Shown in pieces: positions 27,524 to 40,468 of a stretch of DNA of 64,000 nucleotides. The stretch's first letter is position 1; each line of letters begins with the position of its first letter. Made by a program: the position numbers and the translations under genes. The notes below the pieces were generated by a model. That model saw only the letters and a program-made list of their open reading frames with translations, searched no databases and was not told the origin of the DNA. The stretch comes from Octopus sinensis. Taxonomy: Eukaryota. The stretch spans positions 1-64,000 of the forward strand of contig NW_021833043.1 of the NCBI RefSeq assembly GCF_006345805.1. Reading direction: 5' to 3'.

Positions 27524-28063
27524 GCCCTGATGCAGTACCAGGCAGTGGCTCTCATGGCTTCTGATTTTAACTGATTGGAAGTGTTATCATGTGGATTGAT
27601 TGTCTTGGTATAAAAGATGGGCTACAGCAAATATTCTGCTCAATACCACAGATTTGCTTGTCAGTTGTTTGACCTTAATCAATTGAGCATGTCCCTTAGT
27701 GGCTGACGATATGTGCATCTCTGATCACAAGCAGAAGTAGTGGGGGAGCATCATAGCCGTGTGTTGAGAGGAATTCTTGGAGGTTTGGATAATTCACCTC
27801 TGGAAACATGGGTGTTTCGTGCAACATACTTAAACAACTCTTATTCAGGGACCATTTAAGCAGGATGGGCTACTCAACCAGAAAAAAATTCTAACTGGGC
27901 CCCACCTGCAAGGTCATGTACTGTTTATCTTGATATGAGATCACCATGTTGTGCACATATGGTTGTGATGCATGTGCATAGTGTACCCTTATCAGATGGG
28001 TATACTGGGCTTCATATATTTTACCCCAGTGTCACTTTGATGGCATGCTCTGCTCTCTCACTC

Positions 28064-28065
<2 letters not shown>
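27523..28065. mobile_element. Probable ~540-bp interspersed repeat inserted in an (AAT)n tract
   Basis: GC-richer block with sharp boundaries and (AAT)n on both sides. It is single-copy in this window, so its repeat status is inferred. Confidence 0.45.
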
Positions 28066-28112
<47 letters not shown>

Positions 28113-29169
28113 TATATATATATCATCATCATCATCATCATCATTTAGCATCTGTTTTCCATACTGGAATGGGTTGGACATGTTAGCATACATGGCAGGT
28201 CAACTAAACACTAGATTAAGTATTTAAAGGCACCAAATGGCATTATTGCATTTTGAGAAATAAACAGAAATATATCAATGACTTGTAGGGACGCAGTATT
28301 TCATTATGCAACCATTATATACCATGAAGTATATTAAACGTTTTTATAAGTCAATACCGTATTCTACTGTGTTAGCAGTGCTCCTACATCACTTGTTAAG
28401 ATTATCTCTACAGATATTATAGCCAACCTGATTTTGTTACATTTTATATCTGATACATCAAATGCAAACAACCTTAACAAATGATGTAAAGCGCACTGCT
28501 AACACAGTAGGACATGGTATTGACTCATAAAAACATTTAATATACTTTATAGAATATTTATGGTTGCATAACAAATTACCGCATACCTAAAAGTCATTTA
28601 TATTTATGTACCAGCTTCCAGAAATATGTTTGATATGTAAAATTGATATATCCAATAACGTTACACTGTGTTTGGTCTCATTGTTCATTTAAATCTGATG
28701 TCTTGGATATGGAACATCATAACAAAAATTAGTACTGGCTATCATTTCTATAAAATATCTGTAGCGATAACTTGTGGTGTCCACTGACACAAGTTTCCAA
28801 CCTCAAATGCTCCTGCCCCTCTCATAAATCCTTGTCTTGTGAGTTACTTGTTGACCCTGCCAGTGCTGGTGCCCACATAAAAAGCATCTAGTCCACACTG
28901 TAAAGTGGTTGGCATTTGGAAGGGCATCCAGCTGTAAAAACCATGCCAAAACTAAGCTCGCTTGTGTTAGTGCCACATAAAAAGCAATGTTGGTGTGTTT
29001 ACGTCTCTGTGACATAGTGGTTTAGCAAAAGAGACCAACAGAAAAAGTACCAGGCTTACAAAGAATAAGTCCTGGGGTCGATTTGTTCGACTAAAACTCC
29101 TTAAGGTGGTGCTCCAGCATGGCTGCAGTCAAATGACTAAAACCAAGTAAAAGAGTAAACAAATAAAAG

Positions 29170-29530
29170 AATATATATAGGTAGTGGGGCTCCGATAGGA
29201 GTCTCAGTGGGGGTTCCAAAAGGGGTCTCAGGGAGTAGCGTCCCTGCCTTTCTGAGCTAGTTTTCCACTACATTTCTTAAAAATCATGGTAGAGGCCTTA
29301 GTCTTGAGACCACTCATGCCTAGAAACTGTGGTTGGGAGTAAGCTCCCCATAGAAAATCCAGCTCCAAAAAGGCCTCATAATAGCAAAGGAGAATTGGCA
29401 CCAGTCAGCCCAAAGGTTGGGGTGGGCTGCACCTGCCTACCTCGGTTGCTATGGCATTGAAGTAGATCCAGCCACCCCTGTTAACGGGGACAAAACCCAG
29501 ATTTGAAACACAGGATGATGACGATGATGA
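29170..29530 (+). mobile_element. Interspersed repeat family F with (GAT)n tail; second copy at about 39270-39500
   Basis: Shared gcctcat(a/g)atagcaaaggagaa...ggttggggtgggctgcacctgcctacctc...gttaacggggacaaaaccc...gatgatga. Confidence 0.8.
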
Positions 29531-29550
29531 TATAGGAGCTACTTACCACA

Positions 29551-29708
29551 CAGGAGTGGCTGTGTGGTAAGTAGCTTGCTTACCAACCACATGCTTCTGG
29601 GTTCATTCCCACTGTGTTGCATCTTGGCCAAGTGTCTTCTACTATAGCCTCGGGCTGACCAAAGCCTTGTGAGTGGATTTGGTAGACGGAAACTGAAAGA
29701 AGCCTGTC

Positions 29709-29796
<88 letters not shown>

Positions 29797-30021
29797 GGTG
29801 TATGTGTGTGTGTGTGTTTGTGTGTGTTTGTGTGTCTGTGTTTGTGCCCCCCACCCAACATCACTTGACAATCGATGCTGGTGTGTTTACATCCCTGTAA
29901 CTTAGCAATAGAATAAGTACTAGGCTTACAGATAATAAGTCCTGCGGTTGATTTGCTCAACTAAAGGCGCTGCTCCAGCATGGCCACAGTCAAATGACTG
30001 AAACAAGTTAAAGAGTAAAGA
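29551..30021 (+). mobile_element. tRNA-derived SINE family C with internal (TA)n/(TG)n
   Basis: caggagtggctgtgtggtaag...gggttcattccc...ccaagtgtcttctactatagcctcggg...(TA)n(TG)n...agcatggccacagtcaaatgactgaaacaag. Confidence 0.9.
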
Positions 30022-30119
30022 GTATATGTACAAAGACATGCACACACACACACGCACGCGCACATATACATGCATGCACACACATGCCCGTACGCACATA
30101 CAACAACAGTGTTACTTAC

Positions 30120-30223
30120 TTGTAGTCAAGTGTCTCACAAAGTCGCTCAAGAATTGAGGCAGACTGTTTATGGTAGTTTGTTATAGCCTCCACGAAAGCT
30201 TGCAACTGGGAGATTTGCTCCAC
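30120..30223 (-). CDS. endoA: Endophilin-A, BAR helix-3 exon (not in ORF track)
   Basis: Acceptor ttgttattgttacAG, donor GTaagt. 104 nt, phase 0 to phase 2. Reads VEQISQLQAFVEAITNYHKQSASILERLCETLDY(K), matching the endophilin-A motif [25 protein letters not shown]. The equivalent human SH3GL2 exon is also 104 nt as I recall it. Confidence 0.95.
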
Positions 30224-30282
30224 CTGTAACAATAACAATTAGGACAACAGTAGTACATGTAGTAGTAGTGGTGGTGGTGGTG

Positions 30283-31035
30283 GTTTCAGATTTTGCTATC
30301 AAGGACAGCAAGGAGTGGGGTAAGTCAATTAAAGCAACCCCAGTCTTCAACTCGTATTTATTTTATCAACCCCCAAGAGGTTGGAAAGCAAAGCTGATAT
30401 TGGATGAATTTGAACTTAGAACTTAAAGACGGACGAAATGCCGCTAAGCATTTTGCTCGGCGTCCTAATGATTCTGCCACCTCACCACCTTAAACGATAA
30501 TGATAATAATAATAATGATGATAATAAAATAACTATGACAATGATAGTTAAAATAGAAGTAATAATAATAATGATAATAATAATAATCACTTCTACTAAA
30601 GGCACAAGGTCTGAAATTCTGGGGGAGAAGACTAGTTGATTATATCGACCCCAGTGTTTCACTGGTACTTAATTTATCGACCCCGAAAATATGAAAGGTA
30701 AAGTCAACCTCGGCGGAATTTGAACTCAGAATGTTAAGATGGACAAAATGCCACTAAGCATTTCAAGCAGAATGCTAACGATTCTGCCAGCTTCCCGCCT
30801 TCATAATAATAATAATAATCCTTTCTACTATAGGCACGAGGCCTGAAATTTTGAGGAAGCGGGAGAGTTGATTACATTAACCCCAGTGCGTAACTGGTAC
30901 TTAATTTACTGACTCTGAATGGATGAAAGACAGAGTCGACCATGGTGGAATTTGAACTCAGAACGTAGCGACAGGTAAAATGCTGTAAAGCATTTCATCC
31001 AGTGTGCCAATGATTCTGCCAGCTCACTGCCTTGG
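30283..31035 (-). mobile_element. SINE family A, 3 tandem copies filling the intron between two endophilin exons
   Basis: Same consensus, separated by (AAT)n. Confidence 0.9.
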
Positions 31036-31049
31036 TAACAATAATAGTA

Positions 31050-31094
<45 letters not shown>

Positions 31095-31202
31095 TTCTTA
31101 CATTAGTAATAGGAACGGAATTTTAACAAAGGTACTTATAGGATATTTACTCAAGGCAGTACGAAGACACATGCAAAATACACACACCACTCAAATACTT
31201 AC

Positions 31203-31303
31203 ATCATTATCAAGTAAATTAAACATAGCTGTCTCTGTGATAGCTTTGGTTTCTTCAAACTTTTCCTCGGCTGTTTTCAATTCATCATCAGCAATACCAG
31301 AGC
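31203..31303 (-). CDS. endoA: Endophilin-A, BAR domain exon (not in ORF track)
   Basis: Acceptor tttgttgtcttctccAG, donor GTaagt. 101 nt, phase 1 to phase 0. Reads (G)SGIADDELKTAEEKFEETKAITETAMFNLLDND, which aligns to human [33 protein letters not shown]. Confidence 0.95.
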
Positions 31304-31520
31304 CTGGAGAAGACAACAAAAGAATTTAGTTTAGAAACGGCATAAAATCACAGGTTTTTTTTTTTTCTCCACCAATACGTCATTTCTCATAAAACAACAA
31401 ACAACTCATACAAAAAACTTCAATAAACCTCAACGAACCTACAAGGAGAGAATACAACGGATAATATACTATAATAAATATTATTTTTAAAAATCACTAT
31501 ATTGAATAAACATTTAAAAT

Positions 31521-33060
31521 TTAATTTAGTGATTTTTTAATAATATTTATTAATTTAGTGATTTTTTAATAATATTTATTAATTTAGTGATTTTTTAATA
31601 ATATTTATTAATTTAGTGATTTTTTAATAATATCCATTAATTTAGTGATTTTTTTATAATATTTATTAATTTAGTGATTTTTTAATAATATTTATTAATT
31701 TAGTGATTTTTTAATAATATTTATTAATTTAGTGATTTTTTAATAATATTTATTAATTTAGTGATTTTTTAAATAATATCTATTAATTTAGTGATTTTTT
31801 AATAATATTTATTAATTTAGTGATTTTTTAATAATATCTATTAATTTAGTGATTTTTTAATAATATTTATTAATTTAGTGATTTTTTAATAATATCTATT
31901 AATTTAGTGATTTTTTAATAATATTTATAATTTAGTGATTTTTTAATAATATCCATTAATTTAGTGATTTTTTTAATATATTTATTAATTTATTGATTTT
32001 TAATAATATTTATTAATTTAGTGATTTTTTTAATATATTTATTAATTTAGTGATTTTTTAATAATATTTATTATTTAGTGATTTTTTTAATAATATCTAT
32101 TAATTTAGTGATTTTTTTATAATATTTATTAATTTAGTGATTTTTTAATAATATTTATTAATTTAGTGATTTTTTAATAATATCTATTAATTTAGTGATT
32201 TTTTAATAATATTTATTAATTTATTGATTTTTTAATAATATCCATTAATTTAGTGATTTTTTAATAATATCCATTAATTTAGTGATTTTTTAATAATATT
32301 TATTAATTTAGTGATTTTTTAATAATATTTATTAATTTAGTGATTTTTTAATAATATCTATTAATTTAGTGATTTTTTTAATATTTATTAATTTAGTGAT
32401 TTTTTAATAATATTTATTAATTTAGTGATTTTTTAATAATATTTATTAATTTAGTGATTTTTTAATAATATTTATTAATTTAGTGATTTTTTAATAATAT
32501 TTATTAATTTAGTGATTTTTTAATAATATTTATTAATTTAGTGATTTTTAATAATATCTATAATTTAGTGATTTTTTAATAATATTTATTATTTAGTGAT
32601 TTTTTAATAATATCTATTAATTTAGTGATTTTCAATTCATCATCAATAATATCTATTAATTTAGTGATTTTTTAATAATATTTATTAATTTAGTGATTTT
32701 TTAATAATATTTATTAATTTAGTGATTTTTTTTAATATATTTATTAATTTAGTGATTTTTAATAATATTTATTAATTTAGTGATTTTTTAATAATATCTA
32801 TTAATTTAGTGATTTTTTAATAATATTTATTAATTTAGTGATTTTTTAATAATATCTATTAATTTAGTGATTTTCAATTCATCATCAATAATATCTATTA
32901 ATTTAGTGATTTTTTAATAATATTTATAATTTAGTGATTTTTTAATAATATTTATTAATTAGTAGTGATTTTTAATAATATTTATTAATTTAGTGATTTT
33001 TTAATAATATTTATTAATTTAGTGATTTTTTAATAATATTTATTAATTTAGTGATTTTTT
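31521..33060. repeat. ~29-bp AT-rich minisatellite, about 50 copies
   Basis: Unit gattttttaataatatttattaatttagt, with variants tatct/tatcc and variable T-run length. Confidence 0.97.
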
Positions 33061-34530
33061 GAATAATGTTTATTATAGTATATTTAAATTTTTTATATAT
33101 AATACAGATAATATCTCAATATCTCAATATCTCAATATTGAATTACTTAACAGAGGTTATTTCTCTTAATTGTATACATATATTATATATTGTGACATTT
33201 GATTTAGAATTGCTAAATTGAATTTTCCCCTGTAAGTTTCGAATTATATTCCCTACTATTATTTTTAATTATAATATATATATATATATATGTATATGTA
33301 TATGTATATAAATATATATATATATATGGAGAAACGAGGTTTATTTCCGTGTAGGAATTAATATTGATGTGTTAATTTGGGATTTGAAAATGCACTTGGA
33401 GGCTTAAAACAAATTGTAGCTTTTCAATTTTTTTTGAGCAAATTTATTAAAATACCCTACTGGTTTCAGCAATTATTTCATTTTCCAACAGGTAAATTTA
33501 AAAAGTTTACAAGAAATTAAAGATATAAGAGAGAAAATTTGGTGAAACATGCTTACTAGAATCAAACATTCATACAGATTCAAATGTGCAATAAATTTCA
33601 AATGAATAGAAAATAATGAAAGTTCAAACATTTAATGAATTTCATAATGATAATACTTGATAGAGAATTCAGTGGATTTCAAACGAATAAGTTATATAAA
33701 CGCTTAGTTTTCATAAGCCTCAGGACTCATAGCCGAAGAACATAACACCCAATTGTCCTGAATCATTGTATCGTGAGTGTAACGCACCAACTACTAAGCC
33801 CAGCACATTCACACACACACCGACACATAATATATCTGATATATATATATATTTATATATATCAAATGTGAGGATAAAATTCTTTTCGAAAAAAATATTT
33901 TTTCGAAAAAAATGTTATCAATGGCCAGCATATTAAAAAATACCTTTAACGGTTAAATTTATAAACAATTCATAAATGAGGGCAAAGGAAAAAAATTCTA
34001 ATGCCAAATATGCCGAAAAATTGGACATATTGTCCATTAACCATATAATTTTTTCACAATACGCACGTTATTTATATATATATATATATCAACCAAGTGT
34101 TTCGAATAGAAATCGGGTGAACTTCAGATATATAAATGAATTAGACCACAAATATTCAGTCCTTTCATAGCAAAAGAGATGTGTGTGTGTGTGTGTGTGT
34201 GTGTGCGCAGAGAGAGAGAGAGTGATGAGCCAATATTTTTCACGCGGACGTTTTATAATCAGAATATATAATTCAACTGTAAGGGCGATAACTCTCAGTG
34301 ACTTTGAAAGATCTAGGGGAGATAATTCACATGCAAAACTACCAGAATTTTTTCTTTTTTTAATTGAAACTCAGAAAATTCCCAATAAAGACGGCCAAGC
34401 GAACCCTAGTTTACATTTTTAGCCATAGGTATCGATATTTAATACGCCACTAACATCGTGGTACAATAGGAAAATAATGTGTCATCTAGCCTGCATAAAA
34501 TGTTGATCTCGGCAAGCGCAAATTCTTATC

Positions 34531-34881
34531 CTTTACTTGTTTCAATCATTGGACTGCGGCCATGCTGGGGCACCGCCTTGGAAAAATTTTAGTCGAATGA
34601 ATCGACCCCAGTATTTGGTACTTGTTTTTTCAAACCCTGGTACTATCGATCTATTTTGCCGAACCGCTAAGTTATGGGGACGTAAACATACCAACATCGG
34701 TTGTCAAGCGGCGGGGAACTAACACACAACGGGTTTCCTTCAGTTTCTGTCCACCAAATACACTCACAAGGCTTTGGTCGGCCCGAGGCTATAGTAGAAA
34801 ACATTTGCCCAAGGCGCCAGTGGGACTGAACCCGGAACAATGTGGTTGGGAGGCAAGTTTCTTAACACACAGCCACGCCTG
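34531..34881 (-). mobile_element. SINE family C copy lacking the long internal microsatellite
   Basis: Reverse complement of the family C consensus. Confidence 0.85.
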
Positions 34882-35598
34882 TCTTTTTCTTTGCTTTTCT
34901 TTTTTTAATTTACTGAATAATACTATAGTCATCATAACACCAGTAGAATAGAATAGAATAAAATAGAAGCGAGCAGAAGAGAGAGCCGCTATGAATTCGT
35001 CCGACCAGCTAGAAAAAACACCCACATTTTTTCTACTCATGAAAACGGTGAAAGACGTTGAATAATAATCTTAAATAGGCAATGCCTGAAAGTCGTGCGT
35101 AGTAGTCATAGCTTAAAATACCTTTAATCAAAGGTCTTCTAAATCAAAATCGACAGCACGCTGGCTAAGCAACAACAGACAAACAATAAACGGCTTTTCT
35201 GCTCAATAACGCAACGGATTTGAACGCACAATCAAAAGTTATTCAATATCTTGTATACAAAATCACTACATAAGCATCTCAATACATACTAAAAGATTGC
35301 CATAAATTACAAGAAATTTCCTTTCTTCTTAATGCGAGAAAAATATTTTAGAGAGAAAAAAATACCAAAACAATGTTAAGCAGTTTACTCGGGGGCCTGA
35401 ACTGCATAGAAAACTAACAGTTCCATCCATCTATTTTTCCCACTCTCCACAGGGTCCTGCCTGAAATAACCATTATAGCACTTTTTGGCTGGATTCCCAG
35501 CTTTAACTAACTGAGACTGTGGATATTTCCCAATCGTTAAAAATTACTATTTTTTAATTCTCACAACGTGAGACATTCAGCAACAGTACTTTGTAGTA

Positions 35599-35899
35599 AA
35601 GATTGTTTGCCAACATAACATGGCAGTCCTGGTTTAGGACTAATTTTTGCTATAATTTAGCCCCTGGAGACATCGTCTCCAGCTGGCTACTATTCCATGC
35701 TGATGAAGAAAAAATAACTCAGAAATCGCGATACACAGATATTGTTTTGAGCTGAGATGGGGTGCTAGATTCCCTTGTTCGAAAATATAAGGGCACAGAC
35801 CGGGTCGCATAGCCAGCTGGAGACGATGTTTCCTGGGGCTAAATTACAGCAACATTAGTCCTAAACCAGGACTGCCATGTTATGTTGGCAAACAATCTT
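35599..35899. mobile_element. MITE with ~95-bp terminal inverted repeats and TA flanks
   Basis: TA|aagattgtttgccaacataacatggcagtcctggtttaggactaat...ctccagctggcta, and its reverse complement tagccagctggag...aggactgccatgttatgttggcaaacaatctt|TA, with a ~115-bp spacer. Confidence 0.85.
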
Positions 35900-36129
35900 T
35901 ATCCAACCATCTCGTTCCACATCTACTCTTGGGTTTCCTGTCAGTTATCACGTCCCGCGATCTTTTCTCTCAATCTGGAGAAAGTTGTGACTCGACCTGG
36001 AGAGACTCTCCGATCTCTCTGCTATGCATTCTGTCCAGTAACATTACTCAAAAGATTCCCCGGAGGACTCCCACTTGAATTTGCGATCGTAATAAAATAA
36101 GCCGGAGTTGTCTCCCATCCTTGCCAAAA

Positions 36130-36340
36130 TTGGTTTCAAATTTTGGCACAAGGCCTGCGATTTCGGAGACGGGGAGGCGTCTATTACATCGACCTTGTGC
36201 TCAACAGATACTTATTTCATCGATCCCGAAAGGATGAAAGGCATAGTCGACTTCGGTGCAATTTGAACGCAGAACTTAAAGACAGACAAAATGCCGCTAA
36301 GCGTTTTGACTAGCCTCATAAGGATTCTAGCAGCTCGCCA
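36130..36340 (-). mobile_element. SINE family A copy
   Basis: ggtttcaaattttggcacaaggcc...atttgaacgcagaac...cagctcgcc. Confidence 0.8.
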
Positions 36341-36971
36341 GAATTATTAAAATAGCACTCATTGAGCGAATGCTGTCATTTCATCACCGCACAGTTTACT
36401 TCTAATTAGATTCTCGTTAAATTAAATTTGTAAACGCAAACTTAACTATATTTGGTAAACGGTAATACATGAGTTTGACACGTTCCAATGTCGAAACTCT
36501 TGGCCTTCGAGTCACTTTGTAAATTTTACCAATTTTACAAAATTTATTTCGAACGAGGGTATGCAGGGGAGATAATTCAACGGGGGAGACAACTCTTGAT
36601 TTTATACGACATTAAATTCGAAATAGTTTAGTGTAGATTTCGTTGCGCTTTTATTATTTTTTTAATTTAACAGATATAACGGATTTTCTTATTTTTGCAT
36701 GTTCGGAGTATAGAAGTGCGATAGAACTCGAGTCCAAAGAATCAAAATATAGGTCAGAAAAGAATTATATTACCAACGGTTTTAAATGCGCTGGGTAATC
36801 TATCACATACCACAGCTTCACATAACAGACTGGTCAAATAGAGATGTGATCATAGCTATACTATAAAATATGTAGTACTATAGATTGAGTAAAGAGATCG
36901 AATACTAGCTACAGAATTGTAGGGGTAGCTATAGAAGTATGATGGAAACAACAGAGGTATATGGTATTTTA

Positions 36972-37115
36972 ACGTGTATAAGGAACCTTTTATGTCAAAA
37001 ATTAGGTTTGAAAAATATGGGAGTTTTTTTATACATGGATAGTATTATAATCCCTTACGAGACCTTTTTCTCCATATTTTTAAGCCCCCAAAATTAGGGG
37101 GTTCCTTATACACGT
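36972..37115. mobile_element. Small TA-flanked MITE
   Basis: TA|acgtgtataaggaacc ... ggttccttatacacgt|TA: perfect 16-bp TIR, 144 bp. Confidence 0.7.
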
Positions 37116-37299
37116 TATATGGTGGCAAGCGTTATAAAGGTGTAATTTCAGGTATGGTGGTCGTAGTAAAAGTTATACATGTCTAGTAGTAGCTATCAGT
37201 ATACTGGTACATACTGAAGTGCCATGATAGCTGTAGATATGTGTGTAGATATAGAAGTGTGGTGATAGTTGTAGATGTATGAGAGCATGAGAGTTGTAG

Positions 37300-37590
37300 A
37301 TGTATTAGAGTATTTGGCACACGATTATAGGCGTCGTGAGTTCGATTCCTAGAGCAAGACACTTTATTTCACGCTGTTCCAGGGCACTCAGCTAGCAAAA
37401 AATGAGTTGTACCCTGTAATTCAAGTGGGCCAGCCTAATCAAACTCCGTGTCCTGCTGAATTTCCCTGAGGAGTATGTTAGGAGTATGCATGTCTGTGGA
37501 GTACTCAGCCAATTGCACATTAACTTCACAAGTAGACCTGTAGTGGATTGCCAGTTAGTTATAGATGTCCAGAGGTGGCTGAACAGATGC
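37300..37590 (+). mobile_element. SINE family B4 copy (diverged)
   Basis: gagttcgattcc...gcaagacactttatttcacgctgttccag...gctgaatttccctgagg, homologous to 14096-14417. Confidence 0.75.
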
Positions 37591-37854
37591 AATGAGAATT
37601 ATGGATGTCAAAAGAAAAAAAACTGATGATGATAATGAACCACTTACACTAAGATTTTTTTTAACTTAAAATGCAGAGGGATAAGTCTGGAATACCATGA
37701 GGCACTTAATCTAGTGCACTACCATTCCTGCAAACTAGACTCACCAATCAGATATCAGTCATGTGCAAAGTGCTAGAAATAACAGCAAAATCTCAAATCT
37801 CTCATTAGGTTTATCTTGAAGCAAAGTAATAACCACTGTTTGAGAGTTGAAGTA

Positions 37855-38205
37855 TACGTGACTGTGCAGTAAGAAATTTGCTTCTCAACCACATAGTTCT
37901 GGGTTCAGTCCTACTGCATAGAACCCTTGGGCAAGTGTCTTCTACTATAGCTTCAGGTCTTCCAAAATCTTGTGAGTGGTTATAGTCGATGGAAACTGAA
38001 AGAAACCTATCATGTGTGGGAGGGGATGTCTTTACCCCCATCCACTGCTTGACAACCAATGTTGGTGTGTATATGTCCCCATAACTTAGCAGTTCAGTAA
38101 AAGAGACCAAAAGAATAAGTAGCAGGCTTGAAAAACAAAATTAAGTACTGGCGTCAGTCTGTTCAACTAAAATTCCTCAAGGCAGTGCCCCAGCATGGCC
38201 ACAGT
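37855..38205 (+). mobile_element. SINE family C copy (diverged)
   Basis: gggttcagtcct...ccttgggcaagtgtcttctactatagc...cagcatggccacagtc. Confidence 0.8.
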
Positions 38206-39006
38206 CTGACAGAAAGAGCCAAATCTCTTGAAAATCGTATTCAATGGCTTAAAAATAATGAAAAGTCATATCAGAAACTATAGGGGGAGCCACATGAGAG
38301 CTGACGAAAAGATGCCGTTGATCAGAGATTTGCTGGACCAGAGCAGCTGTGTTGTTAAACAACAAATACTAGTAATTATTATAACTTTAACTTAATTGCA
38401 AACCCAGATTATTAATTAACTAAAGAACAAATTAATATATTAATTGTTTCTGTGGATATTGAACCACTTAACGAACAAAAATAAATATGAAAGATATTTC
38501 CAGATTATAATTAAACCAGAAAAAAAATTACAGAATGTGAACTAACGAGAGAACCATTAATCAATCAATCCACCTCTAAAAGACATATTTGTTACAAACA
38601 GATGTAGTTGGATGGTTAAGAAGCTTGGTTTGCAATCATGAAGGTCGGGGTTCAATCCCACAACAAGGCATTTTCAGCGAGTATTTTCACCTTGAATTGA
38701 TCCGAGTGACAGTGTGTAAAGGGAAACTGTGAGGAAGCTTCCTCCTCCTTATCATCATCATTTAATGTCTATTCTCCATGCAAGCATGGGTTGGATGGTA
38801 TGACAAGATGTGGTCAGCTGAAGAGCTGCCCAGGTTCTGAACAAATTATGCCTGTAATTCAAAGAGCCAGTCTTGACACACACACATACACATGGTGCCA
38901 TGCTGTCAGTTTGTCTGAGGATTATGCAAAAGGTACAGGAGCCTGTTGAATAGTCAACCAGTCATCATACAGTAACAGTTCTTAATTCCACACGAAGAAT
39001 TCATGA

Positions 39007-39250
39007 GTGGAGGCACGTGGTTTAGTGCTTAGGGTGTTGGGCTCATAAGATTGTGGTTTCGATTCCTGGGCCGGACGACGTGTTATGTTCTTGAGCAAAA
39101 CACTTCATTTCACATTGTTCCAGTCCACCTAGCTGGCAAAAGCGAGCAAGCCTGTGATGGACTGGCATCCTATCCAGGTGGGGGATGTATACGCCATGAA
39201 ACCAGGAAATCAGCCCTTATGAGCCAGCATGACTCAAGAAGCTAACTTTA
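39007..39250 (+). mobile_element. tRNA-derived SINE (family B3): B-type head, different body, B1-type tail
   Basis: gtggaggcacgtggtttagtgcttag...gtttcgattcc...ttgagcaaaacacttcatttcac...cctgtgatggactggcatcctatccagg...cagcccttatgagcc. Confidence 0.8.
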
Positions 39251-40433
39251 CATACTTTTTTTTTTATTTTTTACCAAGAAAGCCTCATGATAGCAAAGGA
39301 GAATGGGCACCTGCCAGCCCGCCTAAAAGTTGGGGTGGGCTGCACCTGCCTACCTCAAAAAGGAAGCTGCAAACAAGATGCCCAAAACCGGGTAAGATGG
39401 TGAGAGGATGGTTGCTACTGCATTGAGGTAGATCCGGCCAGCTCTGTTAACGGGGACAAAACCCGAACTTAAAATACTGAATGATGATGATGATGATGAC
39501 TGATGACCAAGAATTCATTTAAATACAGGAAAACAACATAAAGTAAAAAACAGCCTGGAGCAAACTGTGGCCTGTGGCAATTTCTGAATGAAATGCCTAG
39601 CAAAAAAATTTATTTGAGTGATGTGACCTGCTTGATGATGAGCCCATGTCTCATGCGGCCCACTTCTCAAGAATTGTTGCCTGAACTGGGAATAAAGCAA
39701 ACGCCAGGTGTCTTAATTTTTATTAAGGTACACGTATGGCTGTGTGGTACAGAAGCTTACTTCACTGCCACCCATTTCTGAGTTCAGTCCCACTGCATGG
39801 CACGATGAGCAAGTGTTTTCTATTATAGCACCAGGTTAACCAAAGCCTTGCAAGTTGGATTTGGTAGATGGAAACTGAAGGAAGCCCATCGTATGTGCGT
39901 GTGTGGGAGGGGTGATTGTGTGTTACTGCCTCCTTGTATTGACAGCATGCAACAGTTGTAAACGAGTATCACTGTCATGCAAGCAGGGTCTTTGTTTCCA
40001 GTCTTCTGAGAAATGTCTGGTCTTGAGAAATATCACCTTACTTTGAACCAGGTGAGGGTTGGCAACAAGAAGGACATCAAGCTGCAGAAAATCTGCTTCA
40101 ACGAATTCTATCCAATACATGCAAGCATGGAGAAGTAGACATCATGATGAACATAATGCTGATTGTGATGATGATGATTGTGATGATGATGGTGGTGATG
40201 ATGATGATGATGATGAGGATGATGATCTCCCCTTTACAGGTCAGTAAATAAATATATAATAAAAGGTACAGCCAGCCATCACTTAAGAGCAAATATAACT
40301 AAGAGACGGAGAGAGAGAAAGAGGGGAGAGGAGGAGGGAGGGAGAGAGTGGAGGAAGAGGGAAACAGACCGATACAGAGAGAGAAACAGAGAAAGAGAGA
40401 AATAGAGAGAGAGAAACTGGGAGAGAAAGAAAC

Positions 40434-40468
<35 letters not shown>

